Below are positions 59,675 through 64,000 of a stretch of DNA of 64,000 bases, piece after piece. Location: the NCBI GenBank assembly GCA_963663275.1, contig OY760183.1, positions 2,912,001 to 2,976,000 on the forward strand, in the 5' to 3' direction. This DNA is from Chloroflexota bacterium. GTDB lineage: Bacteria; Chloroflexota; UBA11872; VXOZ01. Both the position numbers and the translations under genes were made by a program. The notes below the pieces were generated by a model, which saw only the letters and a list, made by a program, of their open reading frames with translations, was not told where the DNA came from and did no database searches. Position 1 is the stretch's first letter. Every line of letters starts with the position of its first letter.

Positions 59675-60802
59675 TCAGACCGGGCTGCCTTCGCGCTCCG
59701 CCTGCTTCCGCGCCACGATTTCATCCACTTCCGCGATGAGCAGGTCGAAGAGTTCGTCTTCCCGGCAACTGCGAACCGGCTTGCCTTTGCGGAAGAGCGC
59801 GCCCTTGCCGCGGCCGCCGGCGATGCCCACGTCGGCGTCGCGCGCCTCGCCGGGGCCGTTCACCACGCAGCCCATCACGGCCACTTTCACCGGCTCCTTG
59901 ACGTTTTGCAGAAAGCTCTCAACCCGTTCGGCTAATTCGATCAGTTCGATCTCGCAGCGGCCGCAGGTGGGGCAGGCGATGAGCGTCGGGCCGTGCTCGC
60001 GCAGGCCGAGCGACTTGAGGATTTCGTAACCGGCAAAGACCTCTTCCGTCGATTCCGCCGCCAGCGAGACCCGCAGCGTATCGCCAATGCCCTGGTAGAG
60101 CAGCACGCCTAGCCCTACCGCGCTCTTCACCATACCGGCCTTCGGCGTGCCCGCCTCGGTGATGCCCAGGTGGAGCGGATACTCCACGCGGTCGGCGATG
60201 AGTTGATAGGCCAAAATCGTCGTCGGCACGTCCGAGGCCTTGAGCGAAATCTTGATGTCGGTGAAGTCCATATCCTCCAGGATCTTCACGTGGTCCAGCG
60301 CCGATTCCACCATCGCCGCCGCCGTCTTTTCGATCTTCTCATCGCCTTCCAGCATCATCAGTTCGGGGATAAGCCGCGATTCCAGCGAGCCGACGTTGAC
60401 GCCGATGCGCATCGGCACCTGGCGGTCCTTGGCCTCTTTCACCACCATGCGCGTCTTCTCTTTGCTGCCGATGTTGCCGGGATTGAGCCGCAGCCCATCC
60501 ACGCCGGCTTCCAGGGCGCGCAACGCCAGCCGGTAATCGAAGTGGATGTCGGCAATCACCGGAATCGGCGAGCGCCGGCGAATCTCCGGCAGCGCGTCGG
60601 CGTCCTCCTTGTGGGGCACGGCCACGCGCACGATTTCGCAGCCGGCCTCCGCCAGACCGAGAATCTCGGCCACGCTCGCCTCCACGTCCCGCGTAAAGGC
60701 CGTGGTCATGGACTGCACCCGAATCGGCGCGCCGCCGCCAATCGTGACGTCGCCGATTTTGAGCTGTTTGGAAACACGTCGGGGGATCATGGGATGTCTC
60801 AT
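59675..60802 (-). CDS. ispG: 4-hydroxy-3-methylbut-2-en-1-yl diphosphate synthase
   Basis: VQSMT, ADIHF, RLNPGNIG, HLGITEAG, CPTCGR and MGCVVNGPGE. Confidence 0.96.
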   Translation of the reverse strand: MRHPMIPRRVSKQLKIGDVTIGGGAPIRVQSMTTAFTRDVEASVAEILGLAEAGCEIVRVAVPHKEDADALPEIRRRSPIPVIADIHFDYRLALRALEAGVDGLRLNPGNIGSKEKTRMVVKEAKDRQVPMRIGVNVGSLESRLIPELMMLEGDEKIEKTAAAMVESALDHVKILEDMDFTDIKISLKASDVPTTILAYQLIADRVEYPLHLGITEAGTPKAGMVKSAVGLGVLLYQGIGDTLRVSLAAESTEEVFAGYEILKSLGLREHGPTLIACPTCGRCEIELIELAERVESFLQNVKEPVKVAVMGCVVNGPGEARDADVGIAGGRGKGALFRKGKPVRSCREDELFDLLIAEVDEIVARKQAEREGSPV

Positions 60803-61045
60803 CTACCTCGCTTGATCACACGAGACCTGCATTAAGTGTGACGCATCCGCAGGCGGCGCGCAAGGGCAATGATGATTCAATCGGAGCATACGGGAGGAAT
60901 GTCCGGTAGCGAGAATTCGCGCGGAAGTGCGCGCAACCTGCGCCGGTTCCTCGCGCCGTTGCCTGCGCCTACCCACAGTTGCCAGGTTTTGGGGGCGCGC
61001 TGCTTTGAGAACTGCTACTCTCAATAACTGAAGGTACTCACGAGT

Positions 61046-61876
61046 GTGCAGACGGGACTAAATGGACGTTCCAAGATTCTTCTACAGTTTGAAGGGCTTG
61101 ATGACGTGAAACCAGAGCTTGATGAGTTGATGCAGAACGAAGAAGCCTACATGTCTTATTGGTGCGAAATCAAAGTCGTTGAGAGGGTGCGGTACTTTCG
61201 CAATCCTAACTTGCCAATCCACTTGTTCAACTTCGTAACACGGTTGTGGAAATCACCTCACGGCCCATCCCTGCTTGAGGAAGTTGAGCGCTACTACGGA
61301 GAACTGTCTTTGCCCCATCGTCTCTTCTTGGGACCCAAGGAACCCAGATACCTCCAGCGATTTCTCATAGACAATAGCTACTCTTTGCTCAGCAAGCGGC
61401 TTATTCTGGCGCACAATCTCGATTGTATTCCTCAGGCAAGATGGCGAAACATCCACGTCAAAGCAATCGCGGAGCCGGCAGACATCCAAGACTGGGTGAA
61501 TACAGCGCTTGAAAGCTGGAAGCATCCCAGTTTCCCAGAGGACTTTGAGCATCTAATTGCGTCGATAGTCTGCGCAGGCCTTGAGGCTAAGGAGTTCATC
61601 TGCTACTTGGCGCAAATCGAAGGTCGCTCTGTTGGCACTGGGATAATGAACAAGACTGGCAACCTTGGTGGCATACACGCCGTAACCACTGCGCCTGGCG
61701 CACGAGGTCGCGGCGTTGCCTCCTCAGTTGTCAGCAGGGCTCTTGCAGATGCAGCAGCACAGGGTCTTGGCATTGTCTGTCTTCAGACCGGGAAGGGCGA
61801 CGGCGCAGATAGACTCTACCAAGACATGGGGTTCAAAATACACTTTGAACTTGCTAAGTTCGGCCAACAGTCCTGA
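61046..61876 (+). CDS. GNAT-family acetyltransferase
   Basis: VTTAPGARGRGVAS and LYQDMGF; lower GC. The start is uncertain (possibly ATG 61129). Confidence 0.75.
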   Translation: MQTGLNGRSKILLQFEGLDDVKPELDELMQNEEAYMSYWCEIKVVERVRYFRNPNLPIHLFNFVTRLWKSPHGPSLLEEVERYYGELSLPHRLFLGPKEPRYLQRFLIDNSYSLLSKRLILAHNLDCIPQARWRNIHVKAIAEPADIQDWVNTALESWKHPSFPEDFEHLIASIVCAGLEAKEFICYLAQIEGRSVGTGIMNKTGNLGGIHAVTTAPGARGRGVASSVVSRALADAAAQGLGIVCLQTGKGDGADRLYQDMGFKIHFELAKFGQQS

Positions 61877-61982
61877 GCGCTACAGCCAGATTGCTCCTGC
61901 GGACCAGTTCCCGTCTTGTCTATGCCAAACCCAGCTAACCCTAAATGACAGATGGGATTTCGGCCACTCAAGATGGTAAAGG

Positions 61983-63515
61983 CTACCACACGTCCGGATC
62001 GCGCACCACCACCGTGCCGACCATCTTGTCGTGCCAGGTTTGGGCGTTCTTATCCCAGAAGGCCGACAGGAAGCCGTAGGTCAGGGGCAGCACGCTCACG
62101 AACTTGCCGACGATCTCGCGCCGCACCATAGTCCTGAAGTCAGGGTACTTCTGCTTATCCAGTTGGACCACTTCCAGCCCAAACAGCGACTTGCCCGGCG
62201 TAGTGCCGCGAATCAGGAACGAGACGAAGAATATGCCGTAGACGAGGGGCATGAAGATGTATTGCCAGAAGATGGTCAGGAAATTGTACCCGTCCGCCGG
62301 ATTGAAGCCGGTCAGGCCGAAGAGCAGGATCAGGCCCACCGGCACGCTGAGGTCCAGCGACGCCGCCAGAAAGCGCGGGAAGAAGTGCGCCCGGTGGCCG
62401 AGGTCTTCATTCTGCACGAATGTCCTGCACTCAGTGCAGAACAAGCGTTCTTCGGGTACGGGAGTCCGGCACTTGGGGCAGCGCAGCATGCCCGTTTCCA
62501 ATTCATCCAGCGCCAGGTCTTCTTCGGCTTCCTTGATGGCGAGGTCTTCCACCTCCACCGCCGTAAGGCCCCGGATGCGCATGGCGCTCTCTTGCACGCG
62601 CTTCATCTGGTCGGGGTGTCGGAAATAGCCCTTCACCTGGGCCACCATCGTCTCCGAGTTCACGCCGGCCGACATGAAGGTGGCGCCCGTGAGGTCTGAG
62701 TCTTCGCCTTGCAAGAGTTCCATCAGGCCGATGTTCCGGCGGAACCAGACCTGCTGGCCTACGCGCCGGTCCAAGACACGCAGCATGATGGGGCGGGAGT
62801 ACGTCTGAAAGAGAAAGCCGGCCTGCACCCACACCGGCGTCAAGACGATGGAAGCCGCGAACCCGGACGTAAGCGGCGGCGAGAACGCCGCCGTAATCGC
62901 GCTGATTGCCAGCACGTTGCCCCCCATGATGGCCAGAAACGTGTGGGGTTCCACGTCGATTGTAAGTACCGAGGTGAAATAGAGCCTCATGCGCTTCTCG
63001 TGCTGCAAGGCGTCCCGCTGCACCACGGCCACCAGCAGCCCCAGGATGCCTCCGGCAAACACCACGATCCACATGCGGCCGATGAGCACGGGAATGCCCA
63101 GACCCATCCTGAGCAGCATGTCGCCGGCGTTGGCCAGCACGGAAGCCCCGCCGGTATCGGCCATCACCGTCGCCACGGCAAAAGCCACCACGAGCATCAC
63201 GGCAATGAAGACGCCCACCACCCGCGCCGACAACAACTCGGGAATGAAATACCCCGTGATGCCCAGAAACGCGACGAAGATCACGAGGCCCACGGCGGCA
63301 ATGAGAATGCCGAAGTAGAAGGGGCGCAAGAGTTCCCACAGACTGGCAAAGACCACGGCCAAGCCGATGAAGGCGCTCATGACGCCGATGCCCGCCACGA
63401 ACCCCGCAATCAGAGTCGAACGGATGTCGGACACCATGATGAGCACGTCATCTTCGGTAGCCGCTACAAGCTCTCGTCGATTGAAGTCACGCATCGCGCG
63501 CGCCCTCCTCACCAT
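61983..63515 (-). CDS. Multi-TM protein with a zinc ribbon and a C-terminal RDD domain
   Basis: About 7 TM helices; CPKC..CTEC; RFLAASLD, GTTPGKSLFGLEVV and QTWHDKMVGTVVV. Confidence 0.8.
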   Translation of the reverse strand: MVRRARAMRDFNRRELVAATEDDVLIMVSDIRSTLIAGFVAGIGVMSAFIGLAVVFASLWELLRPFYFGILIAAVGLVIFVAFLGITGYFIPELLSARVVGVFIAVMLVVAFAVATVMADTGGASVLANAGDMLLRMGLGIPVLIGRMWIVVFAGGILGLLVAVVQRDALQHEKRMRLYFTSVLTIDVEPHTFLAIMGGNVLAISAITAAFSPPLTSGFAASIVLTPVWVQAGFLFQTYSRPIMLRVLDRRVGQQVWFRRNIGLMELLQGEDSDLTGATFMSAGVNSETMVAQVKGYFRHPDQMKRVQESAMRIRGLTAVEVEDLAIKEAEEDLALDELETGMLRCPKCRTPVPEERLFCTECRTFVQNEDLGHRAHFFPRFLAASLDLSVPVGLILLFGLTGFNPADGYNFLTIFWQYIFMPLVYGIFFVSFLIRGTTPGKSLFGLEVVQLDKQKYPDFRTMVRREIVGKFVSVLPLTYGFLSAFWDKNAQTWHDKMVGTVVVRDPDVW

Positions 63516-63602
63516 CTTTGCGCCGCATCGCTTCTGTGCCTATCCTACCCCAATTCCGCAAGAACTGCTAAATGGGGGACACGGAATTGGCGCGAAAAAG
63601 GA

Positions 63603-64000
63603 TCATTCGTTCAAGTAGGACTGCAACCAGTTTTGCGCCTGCTGCGCCGCCTGCATCACATCTACGTCGCCACGCGCCAGCGGCAAGGTGAGCCTCTCGA
63701 AGAGTTTCAGCGTCATCTCCATGCTGCTGGCGAGGGTTGAGGCCCGGGCGGTGTCGAGCAGATGGAAGACAAGCTTCCGGTCCTCCGGCGGCAACATGAG
63801 GTCCAAGTAGCCGGTGCTGGGATTTTCTATGTGTTGCTGTCCCGCAATCACGGGCGGCAACAGGAGTCGCTCACCAAGGTGGAGCGCAAAGGAACGCAAC
63901 ACCTCATAGGAAAGGGCAGCGTCCCGCGCAACCGTAGGGATCGCCGCGACTTGGTTGACTGAGAGCGGGGTTACGTCTCGGGGACCGGTCGGCAGTAGGG
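63603..64000 (-). CDS. Hypothetical protein (5' end outside the window)
   Basis: The frame of ORF 63603-63902 stays open to the window edge. Confidence 0.45.
   Translation of the reverse strand, partial: LLPTGPRDVTPLSVNQVAAIPTVARDAALSYEVLRSFALHLGERLLLPPVIAGQQHIENPSTGYLDLMLPPEDRKLVFHLLDTARASTLASSMEMTLKLFERLTLPLARGDVDVMQAAQQAQNWLQSYLNE

Overview
GC-rich bacterial chromosomal window. Gene order and protein types suggest Chloroflexota, possibly a marine or host-associated lineage; this is an inference. The backbone is housekeeping genes (lgt, trxA, dnaA without an adjacent dnaN, rdgB, moeA, tRNA-Arg(UCG), rpmE-DUF1385-prfA-prmC, pyrD, ftsY, ffh, nhaA, a comM/yifB-like ATPase, hpt-ade, thrB, ispG) plus ABC transporters and catabolic enzymes. 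Three things stand out. (1) Lower-GC accessory genes that look like anti-phage or toxin modules: an ABC/AAA_21-type ATPase followed directly by a PIN-fold gene (14066-15862), a DNA methyltransferase-HNH fusion (21094-22350), and an 826-aa protein with an N-terminal HEPN-like RNase domain (RNDQYH) and a duplicated TPR module (22509-24989). (2) A dense, nested set of small mobile DNAs: several REP-like palindrome families, four distinct non-autonomous MITE-like elements (140, 162, 166 and about 172 bp) that carry REPs and insert into REPs or into each other, and an IS30 that sits inside the 140-bp MITE and takes its stop codon from the target. (3) REP palindromes inserted in frame inside three conserved enzymes (MoeA, PrmC, adenine deaminase). 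No CRISPR array or cas gene was found. All calls come from reading motifs and repeats by eye; no database search was run.
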